64,000 nucleotides of DNA, taken from the NCBI RefSeq assembly GCF_001194135.2, contig NC_068981.1, positions 159,745,958 through 159,809,957 on the forward strand, given 5' to 3'. The translations under genes and the position numbers were made by a program. The DNA is from Octopus bimaculoides (taxonomy: Eukaryota). The notes beneath the pieces are model-generated. The model did no database searches. It saw only the letters and a program-made list of their open reading frames with translations, and was not told where the DNA came from. Below, one piece after another: positions 53,034 to 64,000 of this stretch (positions within the stretch are counted from its first letter, which is position 1; each line of letters opens with the position of its first letter).

Positions 53034-53800
53034 TCATTCAATAAAATCGCCATTGGCTTCAACCACAGCCTCCAGACGACTTCGGAATCTCCTGCAACTC
53101 TTCTGGACAGTCTCCTTGTTTAAGTTGGCGAATGCTGCCATAATCCTTGCCTTCAGTTCATCTTTGGTGTTACAGGGAGTTTTGTTGGTCTCTCACTCAA
53201 CTGTGCCCCATGCATAATAATCAAGGGGGTTGCAGTCTGGGAAGTTAGGTGGCCAGATGTTAGGGGGTGATATGGTTGCAGAAATTGTCTGACAGTCATG
53301 ACTGGGTTCTCCTGCTTGCATGGCATGGTGCAGAGACCTGTTGCCAGATATAGGGTCATCCAGCAGCCACCCTCTTGATCCAGGGCAGCACTACCTCCTC
53401 CAGGCACTTGATGTAGGCCTCTGTGTTGAGTCTGAGGCCATGTGGGAAGATGAATGGAGGCATAATGTCACCACCACTAGTGATCACTCTAAACACCATC
53501 ACGTTGATTGGATGTTTGATTTTTATCACTCTCAATACATGTCCTCAGAATGCACTGTCCTCAGATTGACACCCAAACACTCTGAAATGTTTGTAGTGGA
53601 GCTTCTGGCATGAATACCAAGCAATACAGCATGTTGTTTCCAAATTTCTGGCAGAGTGAATGGTGTCATAGTGCTATTTTTCTCACAGATGGTGCCTAAC
53701 TGACCCTACTATACTGTGTAATTGACAAAATCAAAAACAAAGAATGCGCATGCGCGAAATTGAAATTATAAAATGGTGTCAATTTACCCATTGCACCCCG
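53034..53800 (-). mobile_element. DD37D (maT) Tc1/mariner relic
   Basis: WQQ(V)SAPCH...IWPPNFPDCNPLDYYAWG; 37 residues between the second and third catalytic positions after one frameshift; ends GDFIE*; TA at 53801. Confidence 0.8.
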
Positions 53801-53824
53801 TATATATACATATATGTGTGTGTG

Positions 53825-53865
<41 letters not shown>

Positions 53866-54528
53866 GATGAGCTTCTTTCAGTTTCTTTCAAACAAATCAA
53901 CTCACAAGGCTTAGGTTGACCTGAGGCTATAGTAGAAGATACTTGGCCAAGGTGCCACGCAGTGGGACTGAACCTGGAACCATATGGTTGAGAAGCAAAC
54001 TTCTTACCACACAGCCACACCTGCGCCTAAAAATACTTAAAATCTTTCAAATATATTTTCTATCTGTTTCTCAATAACCAAATGAAAGAATGATTACTGG
54101 ACACTAATGATTTGGCATGACTGACTAAACATTCAATTTATTTTGGCACTGGAGGCACGCACATGCATGCAGGATTATACACATACAGATAGAGAGATGA
54201 GAGAGGGCGGGTTTACAATTTATTAATTGAATACAATTGACATAAACACACATACACATGAAAAGGAATATGCTCACAGACATAAATGGAGAGAGAATGA
54301 AAGAAACATTGAAAGAATGTCTGTGAAATCCACCAGTGTTGAATCAGCCAAAACAGCTGTGCCAAGACATCTCATACCCAACTAAATCATGCTGACCAGC
54401 AAGCAGGCCATGGTCTGATAAATTGTTGTCTGGTACCTATCTGAGATTTATTAAGTTACAGTCTGTCTTGTTCCTATATATTCAGGTTCTTACTAAACGC
54501 ATAATAAAATTTACAAAATTGAACTCAC

Positions 54529-54578
54529 GGTTGATTTTTTAGAGTAAAATGTTCAAGAGCTGGCAATTTGGACATTCC
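54529..54578 (-). CDS. CDK10: CDK10 exon GMSKLPALEHFTLKNQ(P)
   Basis: 50 nt; acceptor ttttaccag, donor gtgag; phase 0 to 2, bridging the flanking exons exactly. Confidence 0.93.
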
Positions 54579-56465
54579 CTGGTAAAAAGATAAACATATG
54601 TATAAGAAATGTTAAATTATAATATTTAAATATGCAAGTAGAGAGAAGAAAAAGGAAAAAAGTAAAATGTTAGAGGAGCTGTGGTGGAGTTTATGAATCA
54701 AATTGATTTGTTTATCAAAAGCAAAATAAAATTTCTCAGTCATCTTTTTTTTTCCCAATTTAAAATTAGTATTTACTCAGTCTCTTCATTTTGTCTTGTA
54801 TTCATTTTTGACCTATTTCATCCAAGTTTCTATGCTAGCTTGGATTCCAAGAATCACGAGAAACTGAATGTTTTAGTCTTTTTATTTGCATATAAATAAA
54901 AGGACTAAGCATTTTATAAATGTATACCCTTCCAAATGATAATCAACTGAAAGAGGTGGAAGAAATATTTATCTTGAAATTTATGCAAATAGTATCATAA
55001 AAATGAAAGAAAAATTAGGAAAAAAATATAAGTATTAAAATATGATATAGAAAAAGCTTGTGAGCATTACAGAGAGAGAAAATATATGCTCTGTCACTCT
55101 CATTTTTGGTTTCAGTCACTAGACTGTGGACATGTTGAGGTATCATCTTGAAAGGTTTAGTTGATGAAATTGACCACAGTAGTTACTCTACAGGTCCCCA
55201 TTTTGTTGAACTGCTAAATTATAGGAATGTAAACAAACCAAACCAGTTGTCAACTGGTGTTGGGAGAGACAAACACAAACACAAAGGCCACACACGTACA
55301 TATATATATGATAGATCCATTGCGTGAGCAGAGGAACTGTAGCATAGAAATTTATGGCTATCATATAATACACACATATACATATATATATAACAAAACA
55401 GGAAGTTGGAAAATTTTTTGGTATTATTTTTTCACCATTACACATGTTTCATTTACTAATAGGAATTACAAACTTTTACATGTTAGATAAACAAGTAAGA
55501 AATTTCCTACCCTACCTACATAATATTATATATACAAATATATATATCATCATCATCATCGTTTAATGTCCGCTTTCCATGCTAGCATGGGTTGGATGAT
55601 TTGACTGAGGACTGGCAAACCAGATGGCTGCACCAGGCTCCAATCTGATCTGGCAGAGTTTCTACAGCTGGATGCCCTTCTTAACGCTAACTACTCCGAG
55701 AGTGTAGTGGGTGTTTTACATGCCACTAGCACGAGGGCCAGTCAGGCGGTACTGGCAACGGCCACGCTCAAGTGGTGTTTTTTACATGCCACCTGCACAG
55801 GAGTCAGTCCAGCGGCANNNNNNNNNNTGGTGTTTTTTACATGCCACCTGCACAGGAGTCAGTCCAGCGGCATTGGCAACAACCTTGCTCGAATGTTTTT
55901 TCACGTGCCACCGGTACAAGTGCCAGTAAGGAGACACTGGTAACGAACACGTTTGAATAGTGCTTTTTGCATGCCACCGGCATGGAAGCCAGTCAGCTGC
56001 TCTAGCAGCAATCACGCTTGGATGGTGCTGTTAGCGCTCTACTGGCAGGGGTGCCAGTCATCGAATTTGTGAATTTGATTTGATTTCGATTTATATATAT
56101 ATATATGTGTATATATATATATATGACAGGCTTCAGTACAGTTTCCAGATATCAGATTCACTCATAAGGCATTGGTTGGCCTGTGAGTCTAGTATGAAAC
56201 ATTTGATCAGGTACACACAGTACAACTGACCCTGAAAGCACCTGCATGAATTTCTGAATAAAAATTACCTGGCTCTAAATGGGCAATCTAAATTTTCTTT
56301 TTATAGGTAGTGTTTCCTGTAGCATTGATGATGATGCTTTTAAGACAAGTTTTTAATTTGCAATGAGAAAAGATCATTATAAAGACTTTTATTGTTAGCT
56401 AAGATGAACTCTAGTCTCACTTGACTATCAAAAAACAAAAAAGAAGTGAATTACACATGACTTAC

Positions 56466-56589
56466 TGGCCAGATGGCATCATTTGGTGTTCCAAACATCT
56501 CAATAATAAGTTCTATTTGATGAATTTCTCCTCTTCCAGGCAATAGAGGTCGGTGTGCAAGCAACTCACCAAAAATACAACCAACTGAC
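56466..56589 (-). CDS. CDK10: CDK10 exon [41 protein letters not shown]
   Basis: 124 nt; acceptor ttattttccag, donor gtaag; phase 2 to 0; [16 protein letters not shown] is characteristic of CDK10. Confidence 0.96.
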
Positions 56590-57434
56590 CTGGAAAATAA
56601 TCATGTATCAAAATGTATTTTTATTTTATATCACAAACCACTATACCAACAACAACAACAATCAAAATTTTGTGGGATGGGGCTAGTCAATTACATCAAC
56701 CCCAGTGCTCAACTGGTACTTATTTTATTGATCCTGAAAGGATGAAAGGCAAAGTCAACCTTGGCGGAATTGACAATAATAATACTAATAATTCTTCAGT
56801 TCTAACTTGTAATTTAAAGTAAGCAAAGGATTCTATAAGGCAAAATGCATAAGACTAACAGCTTGTACACTTAAGGTGCAGGCATAGCTGTGTGGTAAGA
56901 AGCTTGCTTCCCAAACACATGGTTTTGGGTTCAGTCCAACTGTGTGGCACCTTCAGCAAGTGTCTTCTACTATAGCCTTGAGCTAACCATAGACTTGTGA
57001 ATGGATCTGGTAGACAGAAACTGAAAGAAGCCTGTTGTATGTGTGTGTGAGTAAGTGTGTGTCTGTGTGTGTATGGGTTTGCACCTGCGTTTGTCCCTCC
57101 CCCACCACTTGACAACCAGTGTTGGTGTGCTTATGTCCCCGTAACTTAGCAGTTTGGCTAAAGATATTGATAGAACAAGTACCAGGCTTACAAAAAAAAA
57201 AAAAATACTGGGGTCAATTCATTCAACTAAAAAACTTCTACAAGGTGGTGGTGCCCCAGCATGACTGCAGTCTAATGACTGATGCAAGTAAAAAGAGATA
57301 AAAAAGAAAAGGAAAGAATTGGTTCAAAGCTCTGGTCTCCAAACACCCTTACAATATTTCATGCAAATATTTGTATATAGAAATAATACATTTCTAAATC
57401 TCTCATAGAGATTTATGCAGTAGCAGCACGATAA

Positions 57435-57869
57435 AGTGATATTATGTTGTCAACTTAATGTGACAGTCTCATGAAAGGGAAGAATGCTACTGTTATTTAG
57501 CCCTAGGAATATATATATAGGAAATATATATGTTTACAAAGGCGGATAGGCATCGACAACTAGCAGGCCATGCTACTCCAGACTGACGATGAGCAATGAC
57601 TCTGAAACTAGTCTCTGGATGCTGGCTTTGTTGGGGGGAGGTGCTTATCTTCACTTTGAAAACATAAGGACACAGGAAATGTGTCAAGTCCAACAGGAAA
57701 TGGTGTTTCCTAGGGCTAAATAACAGTAGCATTCTTCCCTTTCATGGGACTNNNNNNNNNNAGGAAATGTGTCAAGTCCAACAGGAAATGGTGTTTCCTA
57801 GGGCTAAATAACAGTAGCATTCTTCCCTTTCATGGGACTGTCACATTAAGTTGACAACATACTATCACT
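57435..57869. mobile_element. Non-autonomous DNA transposon with 75-bp TIRs, Kolobok-like
   Basis: 57435-57509 is the reverse complement of 57795-57869 with 2 mismatches; AG...CT termini; flanks ATAA / TTAA. Confidence 0.7.
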
Positions 57870-57931
57870 TTAAATATTTGTATGTTTAGAACAATGCTGG
57901 ATGGAAATGAAGACAAAAAAAAAATCCCTAC

Positions 57932-57991
57932 CACATATCAATGGCTGTTGTTTGAGTTTTTGAGCCAAACAATAATTCTGGGGCACGGTAC
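57932..57991 (-). CDS. CDK10: CDK10 internal exon (W)YRAPELLFGSKTQTTAIDM(W), kinase subdomains VIII-IX
   Basis: 60 nt; acceptor tttcaacag, donor gtagg; phase 2 to 2; translation matches the CDK10 motif YRAPELL.G...QTT.IDMW. Confidence 0.95.
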
Positions 57992-58305
57992 CTGTTGAAA
58001 GAAATAAAGATGTTTTTATCAAACCTTATAATCATTAAAATTGAGAATTCATCAAAATTTAATTAAACAGTTCCTTTATATCTTTTAACACCTTTGTGTT
58101 TCATAATTACTAAGATAAAATATCTATTTAAATATATCTAATATACCAAATTTGAAATTTTCACATAATTTTATATTTCAAAATCTGTAACAGCAACAAA
58201 AAAGATCTCTCAATCTCTCATTTTTCGCTTTTCTCATGGTGAACTTTTCCTTTCTTTCTATACATATGTACCACACTCTCTATAAAAGTATATTAGTCAC
58301 ACTGA

Positions 58306-58336
<31 letters not shown>

Positions 58337-60489
58337 CGCGCGTGCGTATTCATGTGCATAGGGAGGAGATGGGATACATGGTTACCCAGAGGGAGAGAGA
58401 GTTAACAAGAAAGAGGGCAGGAACGGGTGTGCTGATGTAAAGGAAATACATGGTTACCTAGCCAGAGGTAAGAGCAAGAGAAGGAGGAAGAGAGAGTGAT
58501 CAAGAATGTGGGCAGAAACAGGTGTGCTGCTGTAGAGGAGATACATGGTGGTTACCCAGCCAGAGTGCAGAGCAAGGGAAAAGAGAGAGAGTGGAAGACA
58601 ACAAGAGTGTAAGAGAGAGCAGGAGAGAGATAGTGAGCTGTCAGGGTATTTTTGCAAAGAACTGGGATCAGAGCATAGATGGGATGGTTGAGTAAAGAAG
58701 AGAGAGGTAAATGGTGACAGGTGCTAGGGCATACCCCAAGGTATGGAGGTCAGAATATATGTGGCCAGGTATTGCCAAGAGGCATTAGTAGGGAGTGGGC
58801 GTGGGAAGTGCTATGACTGGCGAGGACTTGAGTATATAGAGGGGAGGGGAAGCAAAGGATACAGTGGGTAGAGTAGTGAGGACAGGATTGGGGAGTGGAA
58901 GATAATCATAGGGTATGAAGAGGAAATGAGAGGAAAGGAAGAGATACAGCTTGGGAGATGAAATGTAGATGTAGGTTGCTTTGGTGCAGAAGGATGTGGG
59001 AAAATTTTTATTGTTACCTGTGGGTGGAACACAATGCTGACGTGGGTGGGTGTACACACACACACACTCCCCTCACATATATGTATACATACACACTCCC
59101 CCACACACATATATATACACACACTCCCTCTCACCCATACACACACACACACGCATGCAAATTTTAGATTTGAACATGTTTATATCCATATTTACTAAAG
59201 CAAATGCACGTACATATAAATTTATGTGTACATAAAAACCATTTTCATGTAGCTATTGATTTTTAGAAATGACACACTTTGCCATAAACTTTTCGTTTGT
59301 TTGAGGATGGATGAATGGAGGTAAGAGGACACACTGATTACACTAACCTTGTACTTGACTAGTACTTAATTTATCAATCACAGTAAAAGATGAAAGCAAA
59401 GTCAAACCCATAGTGGAATTTTATACTCAGAATACGAAGGGACACAACTAAATAAATGGAGGCATGTGGCTCAGTGATTAAGCTGTTGGACTGACTCATC
59501 ATTGTAAGATTGTGGTTTCAATTCCTGGACCGGGCAAGGTGTTGTGTTTTTGAGCAAAACACTTCATTTCACATTAATCTAGTCCACTCACCAGGCAAAA
59601 ATAAATAATATGGTGAAATTGTGACAGGCCTGGAGATAGATAGTGACCCTGCCTAAAAAAAAAAAAAAATGGCAGGGAACTTCTGGACAGACAGGTTATA
59701 GGTTGACCTATGTGTTGGGTATTACCTTTTTTTATTACCACAACTAAATACAACAAAAAACATGTTTGTCCACACTCCATCCTTACTGTCACCGACTTTT
59801 TAGTGTCACTGTTTAACCCAGATCAGCCCTGATCATGTATATCTATGATTAGAGGTATTCTAGCCAAGATTAGTCCAAATTTCAAGCATTATGTATTTCA
59901 GTTTACATTATCCAACACACGCTTTTTATAGTATGGTAGAGTGCAGTTTAAAAGAGATTTGACTGCTATTTCAAGTAGGTGGTGAACTATTTATTTCATA
60001 GGTTCAGTCTTCCTGTGTGACATCTTGGGCAAGCATCTTCTAAAATAGCCTAAGGCTGACTAAAGCCTTTTGAGTGGACTTGGTGGGTGAAAACTGAAAG
60101 AAGCCATCATATATATATATATATAATCATCATCATTGTTTAACATCCGTTTTCCATGCTAGCATGGGTTGGATGATTTGACTGAGGACTGGCAAGCCAG
60201 AAGGCTGCACCAGGTTCCAATCTGATCTGGCAGAGTTTCTACAGCTGGATGCCCTTCCTAATGCCAAGTGTGTGCCTTTGTGTCTTTGTTTGTCCACCAC
60301 AATCACTTGACAACTGGTTTTAGTGTGTATACAAGCCAGTAACTTAGCAGCTTGGTGAAAGAGACCAACAGAATAAGTATTGGGCTTAAAAAAAAAGTAC
60401 TGGGGTCGATTTGTTTGACAAAAAACTCTTCAAGGCAGTGCTCCAGCATGGCCCCAATCTACTGACAGAAAGAAGTAAAAGATAAAAGA

Positions 60490-60527
<38 letters not shown>

Positions 60528-61381
60528 TGTATATATATTTGTGCATGTATATATATGTATGTATATATACACACATGTAAATACATACACAGACACATCT
60601 TTTATCTTTTACTTGCTTCAGACATTAAATGCAGCCATACTAGGAACTCCCTCAAAGAGCTTTTAGTCAAATGAATTGACCCCAGTACATTTTTTTAAAG
60701 CCTGGTACTTATTCTATCAGCCTTAAAAAAACACTTTATCTCTCACCACTTCCGGTCACTTCAGCCATGTAACCACACACATACTTTTCCTAAACATTTT
60801 TTTCCTTCTCTCTGGGCTTTCTTCTCTCCTCTTTCTGACAAAGGATCATGCTTGAAATGTTATACACCCATCTTTCTTCCATCTTATACTAACCTAATAC
60901 ATTTCACCTGTACGTCCTTTCGACTTTTGCTATGTTGTTATTTTTAATTTTCGTTTGTCTACACACACATACGTAATTATAAGATCTAAAGGATCTAAGT
61001 GTAGGCAGTTTGTAAGCTTCAAGCAGTTCATAGTAGGTATGAAAAAACTATGTTCAGCAACAATAACAATTTATTGGCAAGGGTTGTAAGATTTATCCAT
61101 ACCAAAATGTGGTAAGTTGAAAAAAAATTTTTCATAATATCTTCAGCAAGTTAACTTGGGATTTCTTAACAACAGTGTAGCCTTCGTATAATAAAGGTAT
61201 CTTTGACTTGAAGAGTAGCTAGCAGAGTACTCCTCATTGAGTAATTATTACATCAGAGGATCTGCCAGCTAAGAAACATATGGAGCCTGAATTTTACCTG
61301 ATCCACTCCCTCAATTTGGATATATATATATATATATATTCATACACTCATATATATTTATTTATATATGAACACCAATAT

Positions 61382-61432
<51 letters not shown>

Positions 61433-62182
61433 NNNNNNNNNNNNNNNNNNNNNNNNNNNNNNNNNNNNNNNNNNNNNNNNNNNNNNNNNNNNNNNNNNNN
61501 NNNNNNNNNNNNNNNNNNNNNNNNNNNNNNNNNNNNNNNNNNNNNNNNNNNNNNNNNNNNNNNNNNNNNNNNNNNNNNNNNNNNNNNNNNNNNNNNNNNN
61601 NNNNNNNNNNNNNNNNNNNNNNNNNNNNNNNNNNNNNNNNNNNNNNNNNNNNNNNNNNNNNNNNNNNNNNNNNNNNNNNNNNNNNNNNNNNNNNNNNNNN
61701 NNNNNNNNNNNNNNNNNNNNNNNNNNNNNNNNNNNNTCATCATCGTCATCATCATCATTTAACGTCCGCTTTCCATGCTAGCATGGGTTGGATGATTTGA
61801 CTGAGGACTGGCAAACCAGATGGCTGCACCAGGCTCCAATCTGATCTGGCAGAGTTTCTACAGCTGGATGCCCTTCCTAATGCCAACCACTCCGAGAGTG
61901 TAGTGGGTGCTTTTACGAAAGGTCAGCTTTGCCTTTCATCCTTCTGGGGTTGATCCACTCAAGTACTGGGGTCAATGTAACTAACTTACTCACTTCCCTT
62001 CAAAAATGCTGACTTTGTGCCAAAATCAGAAAAATTAAAAAGAACTACAGTAATCTCTCATCATATCATGGTTCACCTATCGCAGTTTATTATTTAAGTT
62101 TACGTCGATGCCTCCATGGTGTTGTTTTGCATTTATAATACAATAAATATATACAAATTACAAAAATAATTAAAAAAAATAT

Positions 62183-62580
62183 GCAGGAGTGGCTGTGTGG
62201 TAAGTAGTTTGCTTACCAACCACATGGTTCTGGGTTCAGTCCCACTGCGTGGCACCTTGGGCAAGTGTCTTCTACTATAGCCTTGGGTTGACCAAAGCCT
62301 TGTGAGTGGATTTGGTAGACGGAAACTGAAAGAAGCCGATCGTATATATGTATGTATATGTGTGTGTATGTTTGTGTGTCTGTGTTTGTCCCCCCAGCAT
62401 CGCTTGACAACCGATGGTGGTGTATTTATGACCCCGTAACTTAATGGTTCGGCAAAAGTGACTGATAGAATAAGTACTAGGCTTACAAAGAATAAGTCCT
62501 GGGGTCGATTTGCTCGACTAAAAGGCGGTGCTCCAGCATGGCCGCAGTCAAATGACTAAAACAAGTAAAAGAGTAAAGAG
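62183..62580 (+). mobile_element. tRNA-type SINE (family 2), near full length
   Basis: gcaggagtggctgtgtggtaag (A-box-like), gggttcagtccc (B-box-like), internal (AT/GT)n, tail aaacaagtaaaagag; copies at about 5834, 8240, 8700, 9979-10385, 16540-16835, 20870-21035, 34251-34611(-), 47066-47420, 53860-54030(-), 56875-57300 and 60000-60480. Confidence 0.88.
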
Positions 62581-63743
62581 TACAGTACTGTTTCTACTTT
62601 GCAGGGGAGTGGTTGGAATGTAACACCTGCAATAGTTGAGGGATTACAGAGTTCATATTATGTGATTATGATAACAATTGTTACTAATTAATAATTATGT
62701 TATATAATAACTATTAGTGATTATTGATAAGTATGTCATATAAATTGCTATTACTATATATAGTTACATAGCTGTATTCATTCATGGTTGTCACCAAAAC
62801 AGCTGCTGAAATATCAAATGAAATTTTAAAATATCGATAATATTGTTTGCATTTCTATTTCTTCTAATATATAGCTCCAGACATTCTTTGTAGGCAATTA
62901 TAAACTGGATGTGCTTTTGATCCAATTTTATATTTATATTAAAGTAGAAATAACTACTAAGACCATATATTTACAGATGTAAATAGAATGCTTTGCACTA
63001 TATTTGTTCTGGCTCTCTGTACTATGAGTTCAAATTCTACAAAGATCAACATTGCCTATCCTTCTTCTATGATCAATAAAGTACTAGTGAAGAACTAGAA
63101 TCAATTCTTTCACTTCTCTCTCCTTCTCAAGTCAGCTATGCTGCACAATTAAGGGGATTGTGGCAGTTAAGATTTGTAGTCTTGCAAACTGTATGTTGGC
63201 CTCATTAGTGCTGGTGGTATGAACAAAGCACCCAGTACATGTTGTAAAGCAGTTGGTAGTAGGAAGGGCATCCATCGATAGAAGCCATGTCAAAGCAAAT
63301 ATTAGAGTACGATGTAATGTTGAGGTCCTTCATATTCTGTCCAGCTGTTCAACCCATGCCAGCATAAAACATGGACATTAAGTGATGATGAGGATTCATC
63401 TATACCTATATCTCATCATCATTATCATTTTCCATTATCTGTTTTCCATGCTGGCATGGGCCAGACAGTTTAACTGGAACTGGTTAGATGGAAAGTTGCA
63501 CCATGCACCAGTCTGTTTTGGCTTGGTTTCTACAGCTGGATGCCCTTCCTAATGCCAACCACTTGATAGAGTGTACTGGGTGTCTCTTATGTGTCACTGA
63601 CACAAGTGCCCTTTGTGTATCACCAGCACAGGTGCCTTTTATGTGTTTCTGGCATGTGCCTCTCATGTGTCACTGGCATGGGTGCCTTTAATGTGTCACC
63701 AGCGCAGGTGTCTTCTACGTGTCATTGGCATGGGTGCCTTCTA

Positions 63744-64000
63744 TTGGGGCATCCCATAAATAATGCGTTTTTTATATATTTCTTTTATTTTTTCAAAATT
63801 AAGATAAACATAGTTCTTTTTTTAATCTAAAATATACTCTCATTTTCCACAATACTCTTCCATCTATCTGGTAGACTTTCAAGGCCCCTTTTCTAAAATT
63901 CACTTGTCCTTGACAAAAAATACTCCTCTAGTATTGTTCTGGCCTAGTCTACAGGATTCATATTTTTCTGTCCAAATGATATTGAAGACTGTGGAATAAA
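63744..64000 (-). mobile_element. Second copy of the same mariner family (transposase 3' end), running off the window
   Basis: TA followed by ttggggcatcccataaataatgc, then sequence aligning by eye to 1228-1470. Confidence 0.88.

Noticed and set aside
57674-57839. Direct duplication across a 10-N gap; similar at 11975-12022 and around 55818
   Set aside because: Typical of unmerged overlapping contig ends (assembly artefact), not a real tandem repeat
62010-62040. Minus-strand FSDFG resembling the missing CDK10 ADFGLAR exon
   Set aside because: It lies in a SINE tail and the following residues do not match; the upstream CDK10 exons were not found in the window
62183-62260. tRNA-like A/B boxes
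   Set aside because: SINE heads; no complete cloverleaf, so no tRNA gene is called

Overview
AT-rich, repeat-dense animal genomic DNA with 8 N gaps. The interspersed repeat families resemble those of octopus/coleoid cephalopods; this is an inference, not a database result. The only gene I recognise is the 3' half of CDK10 on the minus strand: six or seven phase-consistent exons between 48401 and 57991, with the 5' exons outside the window or in a gap. Reading splice sites by hand gives two more minus-strand multi-exon genes that I cannot name: gene B (39182-45767) just downstream of CDK10, and micro-exon-rich gene C (653 to about 13414). A third, unresolved exon set may lie at 15.4-29.6 kb. 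The rest is transposon debris: mariner, DD37D/maT, Helitron, RTE LINE and its high-copy 3' tail, an R4/Dong-like insertion in (TAA)n, tRNA-type SINEs, MITEs, and several long inverted repeats. There is no CRISPR array, rRNA or intact tRNA gene, and I see no clearly new biological system. The best leads are the two unnamed genes, the fold-back elements, and the inverted SINEs bracketing CDK10 exons.
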